Shown here in pieces: positions 37,122 to 45,490 of a DNA stretch of 45,490 nt. The stretch spans positions 1 to 45,490 of the IMG/VR virus record IMGVR_UViG_3300025282_000066; one strand, given 5' to 3'. Under the pieces are notes generated by a model that saw nothing but the letters and a program-made list of their open reading frames with translations, was not told the origin of the DNA and ran no database searches. The stretch's first letter is position 1. Each line of letters starts with the position of its first letter. A program made the translations under genes and the position numbers. Source of the stretch: a virus. Its lineage: Duplodnaviria; Caudoviricetes.

Positions 37122-37215
37122 TGAGATGGTTCGTCTTTTGTCTATCCAACATGGTAGAGAAGAACTTATTCAGCACATTGAAAAAGTAATAACCAATCAA
37201 AGAAAAGGAGTATAG
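37024..37215 (+). CDS. Small protein, T7 gp6.5-like position and pattern
   Basis: GAGGAG RBS before GTG; PKLDELLVQYLREKYP...GREELIQHI. Confidence 0.65.
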   Translation: MDWKRLPKLDELLVQYLREKYPPVKYQETMTNDEMVRLLSIQHGREELIQHIEKVITNQRKGV

Positions 37216-37217
37216 TT

Positions 37218-37709
37218 ATGGGGTTTTTTAGTGATGTTGTTTCTTGGGTTGGCGAGACTTTCGGAATTAAAGAACTGGATTGGGAAGGACAAAAAGAAGA
37301 GGCTATAGAGTTGGCTAAAGAAGAATATCAAAAAGAAAGAGCTCGCTTAACAGCAGACCTCCAATCTGCTAGTTCTAAAGCAAGAATAAGAGCAGAGAGA
37401 GATCTCGCTATTCTAGATAAAGCACACAATAAGAAACTCCGTACTATGGTAACAGAGAGAGACCTTAAAACCTCACAAATGGATGCTGAATTTAAAGCAA
37501 AACAAAAGGATCTAGCTTCTCAAGCGGATCTAGCTTCTCAAACGAAAGTTGGAGACAAGGATTTTGACCGCAAAAAAATGTTAGGATTACGAGATCGAGC
37601 TATAAGAATGCCAACTGTTGGACCAAGACCGGGCCAAGGCACAGTAATTCCACGACCCAGTAGTACTTCTCCAAGATCTGGACAGGATATGGGAAGAAGA
37701 CCGAGGTAA
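37218..37709 (+). CDS. Hypothetical, probable virion protein (coiled-coil)
   Basis: AAGGAG RBS; MGFF start; located upstream of the portal like T7 gp6.7/7.3. Confidence 0.7.
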   Translation: MGFFSDVVSWVGETFGIKELDWEGQKEEAIELAKEEYQKERARLTADLQSASSKARIRAERDLAILDKAHNKKLRTMVTERDLKTSQMDAEFKAKQKDLASQADLASQTKVGDKDFDRKKMLGLRDRAIRMPTVGPRPGQGTVIPRPSSTSPRSGQDMGRRPR

Positions 37710-37726
37710 TATAAAGGAGTTTAATT

Positions 37727-38089
37727 ATGAGTTTTGGAGGAGGACCAACTATAGGTGGTGGTATGTCCGCAAGCGATCGAAAAGATTTACTATCCTATGA
37801 AAATACCTTAGCAGAAGAACGTGATATGAAAGCTAGAGAATTCCAAATGGAATCAGAACGCCGCCGTGAGTCTCAAGAACGAGAGATTCGAAAGCAAACA
37901 GAGCTTACAGAAAAACAACGGATCGCAGAACTTGAAGCAATGGAACAGGCTGGTATTGACGCTGCTCCTTCGGAATACGATGCCAATTTATTAGATCTAG
38001 AAAATCGAACATCATCTATGTGGGCAAGTCTAGGTCAGGGTACTAGTCCCGATCCAGTGCCTGACCCAACCACAGATAGGCCTAAGTAA
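37727..38089 (+). CDS. Hypothetical, probable virion protein
   Basis: AAGGAG RBS; Gly-rich N-terminus; immediately before the portal. Confidence 0.7.
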   Translation: MSFGGGPTIGGGMSASDRKDLLSYENTLAEERDMKAREFQMESERRRESQEREIRKQTELTEKQRIAELEAMEQAGIDAAPSEYDANLLDLENRTSSMWASLGQGTSPDPVPDPTTDRPK

Positions 38090-38095
38090 TAAATT

Positions 38096-39688
38096 ATGTC
38101 AACTAATGCAGACAGATTCCGAATACTGGATTCTTTAAGGACTAGTAAACTAGAGAGATCTAGATTTTGCTCAAGCCTTACGATTCCTTCGGTTCTTCCA
38201 CCGGAAGGTTGGAATGAACAATCCCAATTACCGCAGCCCTATAGTTCTATTTCGGCCCGTGGAGTAACTTCCATGGCTTCTCGAATGTTGTCTGCATTAT
38301 TGCCTTTGAATGATGCTCCCTTCTTTAGGTTTGAGTTATCATCCGGCATACAACCAGAGATAGAAATAGACTCGTATCTTAGTAATCTTTCTTATCAAGT
38401 ATATAATAAGATCTCTAGTGGTAATCTAAGGGAATCTATATATCAAATACTTCAGCATCTTATTGTTGTTGGGGATGTGATGGTGATCTTAGAGGACGAT
38501 ATGAATATTCGCTTGATCCGTATTGATAGGTTCGTGGTCCGAAGAAGTGTGAACGGAGATATCAATGAAATCATCTATAAAGAATACGAAACCGTAGACG
38601 ATGATCAGAATGATCAGGATATTCTTTTCTCTTCATCTCTTGATGCCGATAGTAAACAAGGCTACAAGCCGCTGTATACACGGCTCACAAGGGATGAGGA
38701 AGATGTGTGGAAATCAGTAACTGAAGATACCGAGGGAGATGTCACGAACTCTGGTGAGTTTACTGTACCGAACTTTATTGTCCTTCGATGGGCCAGTATT
38801 GCTGGAGAGAACTATGGTCGAAGCCACTGCGAAGATATGATAGGTGATATTAAAGCCCTTGAGGGTTTCACGGAAGGTTTAATCAACGGCATTACTGCCT
38901 CGTCTATTTTCTGGATGGCCGTAGACCCAACGGGTATGGCTGAAGTAGATGATATTAACGGCACTCCAACAGGTGGTTGGGTCAGTGCTAGACCAAACGA
39001 GGTACATGTTGTTTCTCCAGCAACTACTATGAATCCCCAGATCAATCATACCCAGAATGGTGTGAATCTTCTTAGGCAGGAAATTGGTAGAGCCTTCTTG
39101 CTTGACTCTGCCAGTATTCCCCAAGGAGAACGAGTGACGGCGACGGCTGTCCGTATGATTGGTCAAGAACTTGAGCATGTTCTCGGCGGTGCTTTCTCAG
39201 CAATCGCTAGAGATCTTATGCGACCATTGGTTGCTCGTGTTGTATTCCTTATGACTACCAATGGAGAGGTAGATGAACGGCTCGAAGAAATGTTTTCTAA
39301 AGAAGGCTTATTAAATGTTGATATTATAACAGGTCTCCAAGCACTTAGTAGAGATTCTGATCTTCATAAACTTATGCAAATGGGTGAGATGATACGAAAC
39401 CTTCCTGAAGCAGCAGCCATGATGTTCCGATGGGATCAGTATGGTAAGGCTCTGATTACTTCATTGGGCTTTAATTCTGAACTCTGGATTAAGTCAGAAG
39501 AACAAGTACGGGAAGAACAAATGAAGCTCGCCCAAGCTCAAGGGCAAGTACAAAGTGCTCAGCAAAATGAGCTTATGATAAATCAAGCTGTAACCGGGGC
39601 TGTGGCTCAAGCAGCACAACAGGATATTTCTGAAACTGGTGGAGCAGGAATCCAACAAGTTATGCAACAAATGCAAGGAGTACAGTAA
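38096..39688 (+). CDS. Portal / head-to-tail connector (T7 gp8-like)
   Basis: LTIPSVLP, ARGVTSMASRMLSALLPLNDAPFFR, GENYGRS, ERVTATAVR...ELEHVLGGAFS, ITGLQALSR. Confidence 0.95.
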   Translation: MSTNADRFRILDSLRTSKLERSRFCSSLTIPSVLPPEGWNEQSQLPQPYSSISARGVTSMASRMLSALLPLNDAPFFRFELSSGIQPEIEIDSYLSNLSYQVYNKISSGNLRESIYQILQHLIVVGDVMVILEDDMNIRLIRIDRFVVRRSVNGDINEIIYKEYETVDDDQNDQDILFSSSLDADSKQGYKPLYTRLTRDEEDVWKSVTEDTEGDVTNSGEFTVPNFIVLRWASIAGENYGRSHCEDMIGDIKALEGFTEGLINGITASSIFWMAVDPTGMAEVDDINGTPTGGWVSARPNEVHVVSPATTMNPQINHTQNGVNLLRQEIGRAFLLDSASIPQGERVTATAVRMIGQELEHVLGGAFSAIARDLMRPLVARVVFLMTTNGEVDERLEEMFSKEGLLNVDIITGLQALSRDSDLHKLMQMGEMIRNLPEAAAMMFRWDQYGKALITSLGFNSELWIKSEEQVREEQMKLAQAQGQVQSAQQNELMINQAVTGAVAQAAQQDISETGGAGIQQVMQQMQGVQ

Positions 39689-41635
39689 ATGACAACCGAT
39701 CCTCAGGCTTTAAACTTAACAGCGTCTACTACTACGTATAATGGAAAGAAAGTCGTAGTTAGTAATCAAAGTGCAGTACTTTCTTTATCTGCCAATGCAT
39801 TAGTTACAGCTGCGGTTTCTTCGCAGTTAGTTCCTATTACTTTAGCTGGAGTTAATATCTCTGATGCTTATACTAATGGAGCTGCTGCGGTTGCTGCTAC
39901 TACTACACTTACATTTGATGATGATATTGAAACCACAAGTTTGTCAACTGACCCCTATGTACAATTTACTGATGCTGGAGGACAGACAAGGACTTACTTT
40001 GGAGTGAGTACACTTGGAGTCTCCGGCTCAGCTACCTTTACATTTGATAAGGCTGCTGTTCTGGATTCTACTATTACACTTATTTCCTATATGGACGGTG
40101 TAACTACTACGGTAATCTTCAAGGCTGCTGCTAGGGGGACAACGAATGGTTCCAAATCAGGTGAGTATACTTTGTTTGCCATAGACGATGCCACTTCAAC
40201 TGGTGAGCCTGCCTCTGCTATCGATTCTGCCGCAAACTTAGTGGCTGCTATTAATTCAGCTAATGGTTTGCCGGACCTAGAAGCTTATGCTAATCGGGTA
40301 TCAGATACTGACGAAACAACGGCCAATGGTAAGGTTTATTTAAAGGGACGGGATGCTGATGACGGTACTAATACGGCAATTACACTTTCAGTAGCTACTG
40401 CTGCTACAGGTACTGTAACTATTACAGACTTCACCAAACTAAATACTGGAGATAAGATAAACCTGATTGCTACAGACACCACTAACTATGATTTTGTTAA
40501 TGGCGATCAAAGTTCGGTGGCGGGAACGTGGGAATCCACAAGCTCCAACGCTGTCACAGCTACTAATTTGATGAACGTCATTAATACTTCATCGGGTCCA
40601 TCGGGAACAAGGTTCACTGCTTCTGCTGCGGTATCAGAAGTACAAGCGGTAGGAACAGTAACTATTACAGCCTTTACCGAACTCAATGCGGGTGATAAGG
40701 TAAACCTAATTGCTACTGATGGCACTAACTACGATTTTGTTAATGGTGATCAAAGTTCAGTCGCCGGTACATGGGAATCCACAACATCTAATGATGCCAC
40801 AGCTACTAATTTAATGAATGTTATCAACACCTCATCAGGTCCAGCTGGAACTAGATTTACTGCTACGGTAGATGGGGCTGTGGTAACTGTTACTCAGGCT
40901 ACGTCTGGTGCAGATGGTAATACTACAGTTACTCTAACAGACAGCGGAACTGCTGGCATGACCAAGGCAAATTTCACTGGTGGCGTAGACACAGGGGTAG
41001 TAACTATTACTCAGGCCACGGTTGGTGCAGCTGGTAATACCACAATTACTCTAACAGACCCGCTTGATGGGATGTCAAAAACAGATTTCACTGGTGGTGG
41101 TGCCTTTACAGATTCTACCAGTGTTAATCCTCCCGCCGCTTTTACGGGTGGTGTTGATGAGACTGTAGATATTACTAAGAACAAGTGGTCTCGTAAAGGT
41201 AGTGCAGAGAATGCTGCTGAATCCCTGAAGGATGCTATTAACGAGACAAGTTCAGGCCATGGTTATACTGATGGCTTGACAGCAACTCGGAGTGGGGCTG
41301 TCCTAACGATTACCCAAGATGTTGCAGGAGCTACGGGGAATACTGATGTTACTTATAACAAGGAGTTTCAAGAGATTTGTTCTATTCTTCCGCGAGATTT
41401 TACAGGTGGTGTAGCGGCATCTACTCCTAAGCTTGGGATTCAATACTCTACTAATGGTACTGATTGGACTTCTGCGGTTGAGATAGCTTCTGATGTAGCT
41501 GCAAATGTAACAGGAATTAAATTATTTACTTTACCCGAGGCGGTGACTTCTTATCCAGCATACAGGCTAATATTTAATTCTGATTTAGCAACAGCTGGGA
41601 CCACTGGCAGACTTACCTTTGTCGGGGCCTATTGA
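39689..41635 (+). CDS. Thr/Ala/Gly-rich structural protein with nested repeated domains (head fibre or decoration candidate)
   Basis: Beta-rich composition, internal duplication, four FTGG termini; lies between portal and scaffold. Confidence 0.75.
   Translation: MTTDPQALNLTASTTTYNGKKVVVSNQSAVLSLSANALVTAAVSSQLVPITLAGVNISDAYTNGAAAVAATTTLTFDDDIETTSLSTDPYVQFTDAGGQTRTYFGVSTLGVSGSATFTFDKAAVLDSTITLISYMDGVTTTVIFKAAARGTTNGSKSGEYTLFAIDDATSTGEPASAIDSAANLVAAINSANGLPDLEAYANRVSDTDETTANGKVYLKGRDADDGTNTAITLSVATAATGTVTITDFTKLNTGDKINLIATDTTNYDFVNGDQSSVAGTWESTSSNAVTATNLMNVINTSSGPSGTRFTASAAVSEVQAVGTVTITAFTELNAGDKVNLIATDGTNYDFVNGDQSSVAGTWESTTSNDATATNLMNVINTSSGPAGTRFTATVDGAVVTVTQATSGADGNTTVTLTDSGTAGMTKANFTGGVDTGVVTITQATVGAAGNTTITLTDPLDGMSKTDFTGGGAFTDSTSVNPPAAFTGGVDETVDITKNKWSRKGSAENAAESLKDAINETSSGHGYTDGLTATRSGAVLTITQDVAGATGNTDVTYNKEFQEICSILPRDFTGGVAASTPKLGIQYSTNGTDWTSAVEIASDVAANVTGIKLFTLPEAVTSYPAYRLIFNSDLATAGTTGRLTFVGAY
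40409..40864 (+). repeat. Intragenic duplication of about 71 aa with an 81-aa period
   Basis: GTVTIT.FT.LN.GDK.NLIATD.TNYDFVNGDQSSVAGTWEST.SN..TATNLMNVINTSSGP.GTRFTA at 40409 and 40652. Confidence 0.9.
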
Positions 41636-41636
41636 G

Positions 41637-41843
41637 GTGTCTTCTCCTAATGGGTGGAACGAATACAAGGTACATATTGTTCACGAATTAGAAAGAACTA
41701 ATAAGGAACTTACTTTCATAGATCGTAGACTTGCAAAAATAGAAAAGAAGCTGACAATACTAGATACGAAAATATATGTCGCTTCTTTCTTCTTCAGTGT
41801 TGTATTTGCAGGGGTATTTAATTTGATTTTAAGGAAGTTTTAA
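41637..41843 (+). CDS. Small coiled-coil protein with a C-terminal transmembrane helix
   Basis: NGWNEYK.HIVHELER, coiled coil, hydrophobic tail. Start uncertain (41619 TTG or 41637 GTG). Confidence 0.65.
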   Translation: MSSPNGWNEYKVHIVHELERTNKELTFIDRRLAKIEKKLTILDTKIYVASFFFSVVFAGVFNLILRKF

Positions 41844-41844
41844 A

Positions 41845-42831
41845 ATGGGAATAGAAACTCCTTTGCGTAAGCTAGAAATTATTGGTAATACTACAACTAG
41901 TATTTTAAAAGCTAATCACTCTAATCTTATTTCAAAAGGTTCGAGAGAGTATGTCCTTTCTATTAGAGCAGAGCTACTCAATGTTCGAAGCTTTAAGATT
42001 CCTGAGGATTGGGACACAGACTGGAATATAAGACTTGGTCCTATTTGGACTCCAGCAGAGTTAGGTTCTACTAATCTTGTGTGCTGGCTGAGTCCAGAAT
42101 ACTACCATCCTCTAAGTACTGATGATGGTATAATTGCTCAAGCTGAAGACCGATCTGGCAATGGAGTTACTTGGGAAAATACCAATTCTGATGATTCTTG
42201 CCCTGAGTTTACTTCGGCGTTAAATGAATTTAAAGGTATGGGGTTTAATGGATCTCAGTATATATATTCTTTGGATGAGTCTGGAGACGGTGAGTTAGAT
42301 CCCGGTACAGGAGACTTTTCTATAACTATGATAGCAGAGTTTGGTGGAATTAGTACTGCTGAGAAATATGTATTAGCTTCCGATGTTAGTAGAGGTTTTG
42401 CTTTAAGTGTTAAAGAAGTTTCTGGAACTGATAAATATAAAGTTTACTTTGATGGTTCGGCTACAGAAGCTGCGTTTTCGGTTGATCATACAGTTCCAAT
42501 AATACTAACTGTAGGCAGGTCTGGAGGTGATCAGTTTCTTAAGTTTGCTAATATTTCTATAAACGATACAGCAATTACTGGAACTGAAAATATGGATATT
42601 GATAATACTCAGCAATTCTTTATCGGCGGAAGAGAAGGTGTGGCCGATAGATCAGGACAGAATACATTTACTGGAAATATCTATGAAATTATGTTTTACA
42701 ATGGTACTTTAAGTACTGATGATATTAAAAACTTGGAAGGGTATCTAGCACATAAATATGCTCAGACATCCTTCCTATATTCAGAACATCCTTATAAAAC
42801 TAACCCACCAAGAGCAGGAGTCCCTGCATAA
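41845..42831 (+). CDS. LamG / concanavalin A-like domain structural protein
   Basis: WTPAELG...LVCWL, EDRSGNG, GTGDFSI, FIGGR, FTGNIYEIMFYNGTLSTDDIKNLEGYLAHKY, HPYK..PP. Confidence 0.8.
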   Translation: MGIETPLRKLEIIGNTTTSILKANHSNLISKGSREYVLSIRAELLNVRSFKIPEDWDTDWNIRLGPIWTPAELGSTNLVCWLSPEYYHPLSTDDGIIAQAEDRSGNGVTWENTNSDDSCPEFTSALNEFKGMGFNGSQYIYSLDESGDGELDPGTGDFSITMIAEFGGISTAEKYVLASDVSRGFALSVKEVSGTDKYKVYFDGSATEAAFSVDHTVPIILTVGRSGGDQFLKFANISINDTAITGTENMDIDNTQQFFIGGREGVADRSGQNTFTGNIYEIMFYNGTLSTDDIKNLEGYLAHKYAQTSFLYSEHPYKTNPPRAGVPA

Positions 42832-42841
42832 GGAGAGTATT

Positions 42842-43009
42842 ATGGCAAAGAAAAAGGAAAAGAAAAGTAAAACCAAGAGAGCCCCTGCTCGGAAGTTTAC
42901 TCCCATGGGAGCTAGTAAGGTTAAAGGAAGAAAGAGTATAAGAAGTGCTCGTGTACCCACTGCAAAAACTGTGTCATTTACGGCTGCCGGTGGTGGCGGC
43001 GGACGTTAA
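42842..43009 (+). CDS. Small highly basic protein (55 aa)
   Basis: TAAGGAG RBS before ATG 42842; Lys/Arg-rich. Confidence 0.65.
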   Translation: MAKKKEKKSKTKRAPARKFTPMGASKVKGRKSIRSARVPTAKTVSFTAAGGGGGR

Positions 43010-43029
43010 CAATAAGGAGTATATGATTT

Positions 43030-43980
43030 ATGTCTAACGAACAAGTTGAACAATCCTCTGACGGGACTCAGCTTAATATAGAACCTACCCAGCCCCAAAG
43101 TGCTTCGGCTACTTTCCCGACTGGTAAGGTAGAAGATGCTCAGTATGAAGCAGAACAAAGAGCTTTTAAAACATATGTTGATAATACTGGACAACCTATT
43201 CCTGAGAATTTTAAGGATGCTGAGGGTTGGTTCTCTAGTCTTAAGGAAGCTCAGGCTAATTACACAAGAGGCCAACAAGAAATTGCTTCGCTAAGAGAGC
43301 AGTATGCTAATCAAGAAGACTCTACTCCTGTAGAGCCCGAGACACCAGCTGTGCCAGAAGAGCCCGCGATTACTTCAGATTCTCCTCAACTACGTATTCA
43401 AGAACAAGTTAAGGAAGAATCTTCGGCTATTGAGGCTTCTAATATTGGAGTAAACCAAGAAACATATGAGGCTTGGGCTATGGAAATGGCAGCTACGGGT
43501 AGTATTTCAAACGAAACTAGAACTGAGATTCGAAGTAAAACAGGTTTCTCAGATAAGATGATTGATGATTATGTGTCTGGTCAGAAGGCTAGGCTACGAG
43601 AAAACTTTTCTAAAGCTTCCAATGTTGTTGGGGGACAGGAAAAGTTACAACATATATTCGACTGGGCTGGTAAGAATCTTAGCTCAGAAGATCAACAAAT
43701 GATAAACATAGGACTTGCGTCCCCATCATACGAGGTGACCCTAAGAGGATTATCGTCTATGTATGACCAAGCTGTTACTTCTGCAAAGGCCTCAGAGCCA
43801 GCTAAGAATCAGAATCTCGCCACTGTTCCGGCAAGTGAGACTGGTATTCGGCCTTATGGATCTAAGTCAGAATTCAATCAAGAACGCAACAATCCTAAGT
43901 TTACTAGAGAAGGTCAGTTTAGAAGGATGGTTGAAGATAGAATGTCTATAACCGACTGGAATAACTTACCTCAATTCTAG
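43030..43980 (+). CDS. Capsid assembly scaffolding protein (T7 gp9-like)
   Basis: IPENFK, acidic middle region, VGGQEKLQHIFDWAGKNLS, C-terminal NPKF...FRRMVEDRM; directly upstream of the capsid gene. Confidence 0.85.
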   Translation: MSNEQVEQSSDGTQLNIEPTQPQSASATFPTGKVEDAQYEAEQRAFKTYVDNTGQPIPENFKDAEGWFSSLKEAQANYTRGQQEIASLREQYANQEDSTPVEPETPAVPEEPAITSDSPQLRIQEQVKEESSAIEASNIGVNQETYEAWAMEMAATGSISNETRTEIRSKTGFSDKMIDDYVSGQKARLRENFSKASNVVGGQEKLQHIFDWAGKNLSSEDQQMINIGLASPSYEVTLRGLSSMYDQAVTSAKASEPAKNQNLATVPASETGIRPYGSKSEFNQERNNPKFTREGQFRRMVEDRMSITDWNNLPQF

Positions 43981-44159
43981 GGCAGGACGGACCCTAAGAC
44001 AGTTATCTAAATTGATCACGCCCCTCTTTGGATAAAGAGACAAGGTAATATCAGACTTGAGTAACAGTCGCCAAGTAAAAGACTCCAAAAGGAACAATCT
44101 AAAGCTAGGTTTAAATCCGATTTAACTAATAGTTTTAAATTTCTTTAAGGAGAAATATT

Positions 44160-45440
44160 ATGAGTGCAGCAAGTAGTTTAGCTGTTGGACATCTTCCATA
44201 TCGGGATAGTCTCACAGCCGCAACAAGTGGCGCTAATGCCGCTAATACAGGTAAGCTTTGGCTACCTATCTGGGCGGGAGAAATCATCCACGCCTATGAT
44301 GAATATAATATGTTTGAACCCCTCGTCAACTCACGTACTATCGCAAGTGGTACGACAATTGAGTTCCCAATCACGGGTACCGTTGACCTGAATCCCTCAT
44401 GGGATGCTGGTGAAGAGTTGGTTGGTGGTGCAGACTCAACCGCAACTACGTTCCAAGTTCGTCTCGATAAGCGACCAATGGCCGCTCACTTCGAGATTGA
44501 TAACGTGGACCTTATGTTGACTCAGTGGGAATTCCGTAGTGAACTTGCTCGTCAAGCTGCTATGACTTTATCCAACACGAGAGATAAGCAGCTCTATTCT
44601 TATCTTTGCCGTGCTGCGGTTACAAGTCAGACTACGTTAGATGCTTCCCATGTACGAGGTAACATGAATCTCGATACCGCTTTGTATGGCGAAACTGCGA
44701 CAAGTACTCGTAAGCTTCGTGAGTGGGGCGCTACGGGTGCAGACGCTGATGATCGTTCAACGGGTGCTTTGTCAGCTCTTGAAGCTGTTGAGAAGTACAT
44801 TGTATTCTTACAAGAGAATAACATACCCTATGATCAGCTGTATATGGCTATTAGCCCGCAGTGCTTCATGGATATCCGTTCTCTTGGCGTGGCTCGTGTG
44901 GCTGCGGATATGGATACGGGAGGCCGTCAGGCTTACTTTGGTGGTAATACCGATGGTGGCAATGCTACTGGTCTTGGTGACCATTATACCAACGGTTATC
45001 GTCAGATCCATGACTCACTTGAGTACATGGGCTGTACGATTGTTAAGACGAACCATGGTTCGGATCAGCTTCGTAATACCGATGGTGGTAATACGCTTGG
45101 TGAAGACAAGTATAATCTTGACTTCGCTGCTGACCTTGCAGGTTCAGATACGACTGGGCTTATTAACGGCGTTCGTGCTGTTATGTGGACCCCAGAAGCT
45201 ATCGCTGGTATTCGTTTGCAAGGCTTGAAGGTTGATACGATTGATGATGTCCGTCGTAATACAACTTTCTCGGTCGCTTCGATGATGAGTGGCACGGGCG
45301 TTCTGCGTCCCGAGTGTGCTGCGATTATTCATACTCGTCTCGGTCATTCAGGCAGTGACTATGATACACGCGCTGAAATGAATACCCAGATGAAGGTTGA
45401 TGCTGACGGTTACGTCGATTCTACTGGAACTGGTGTCTGA
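44160..45440 (+). CDS. Major capsid protein (T7 gp10-like)
   Basis: LWLPIWAGEI, RTIASGTTIEFPITG, EFRSELARQAAMTL, GTGVLRPECA; TAAGGAG RBS. Confidence 0.93.
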   Translation: MSAASSLAVGHLPYRDSLTAATSGANAANTGKLWLPIWAGEIIHAYDEYNMFEPLVNSRTIASGTTIEFPITGTVDLNPSWDAGEELVGGADSTATTFQVRLDKRPMAAHFEIDNVDLMLTQWEFRSELARQAAMTLSNTRDKQLYSYLCRAAVTSQTTLDASHVRGNMNLDTALYGETATSTRKLREWGATGADADDRSTGALSALEAVEKYIVFLQENNIPYDQLYMAISPQCFMDIRSLGVARVAADMDTGGRQAYFGGNTDGGNATGLGDHYTNGYRQIHDSLEYMGCTIVKTNHGSDQLRNTDGGNTLGEDKYNLDFAADLAGSDTTGLINGVRAVMWTPEAIAGIRLQGLKVDTIDDVRRNTTFSVASMMSGTGVLRPECAAIIHTRLGHSGSDYDTRAEMNTQMKVDADGYVDSTGTGV

Positions 45441-45490
45441 TCGTAACTAGCGTAGTATTCTACTACGTTGTACGAACCCCTCTCCTAGGC

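Noticed and set aside
44686-45228. 180-aa alternative-frame ORF inside the capsid gene (also 14604..14981, 25792..26088, 19695..19928)
   Set aside because: Overlapping out-of-frame ORFs with no RBS or motif; best explained by codon bias of the main gene.
45441-45490. Terminator or frameshift extension after the capsid gene
   Set aside because: The window ends before a full stem and U tract or any extended frame can be assessed.

Overview
All well-supported genes lie on the + strand. The window is a large part of a T7-supergroup (Autographiviridae-like) podophage genome. In order it contains: (1) the 3' 13.2 kb of a giant (>4400 aa) polyvalent protein whose frame is open at the window start; (2) a GC-richer early module (13.3-16.3 kb) encoding a compact 590-600 aa protein with single-subunit RNA polymerase motifs; (3) an AT-rich palindrome tract and about 1.1 kb of structured non-coding sequence with tRNA- and tmRNA-like elements; (4) small early genes, a DUF932-like protein and a canonical T7-type RNA polymerase; (5) a replication and metabolism block (phosphoesterase, SSB, RusA, citrate-synthase-like protein, three tRNAs, primase-helicase, sulfotransferase, DNA polymerase A, dNMP kinase, exonuclease, class II ribonucleotide reductase); (6) head genes (portal, two inserted accessory structural proteins, scaffold, major capsid). 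The most striking observation is that the phage appears to encode three different T7-family RNA polymerases. One is embedded in the giant protein, like the N4 virion RNAP, and is flanked by ADP-ribosyltransferase-like and zincin domains. The four genes of the early module each start with a short hairpin fused to the RBS, reminiscent of N4 virion-RNAP promoters. All calls come from motif recognition by eye; no searches were run.
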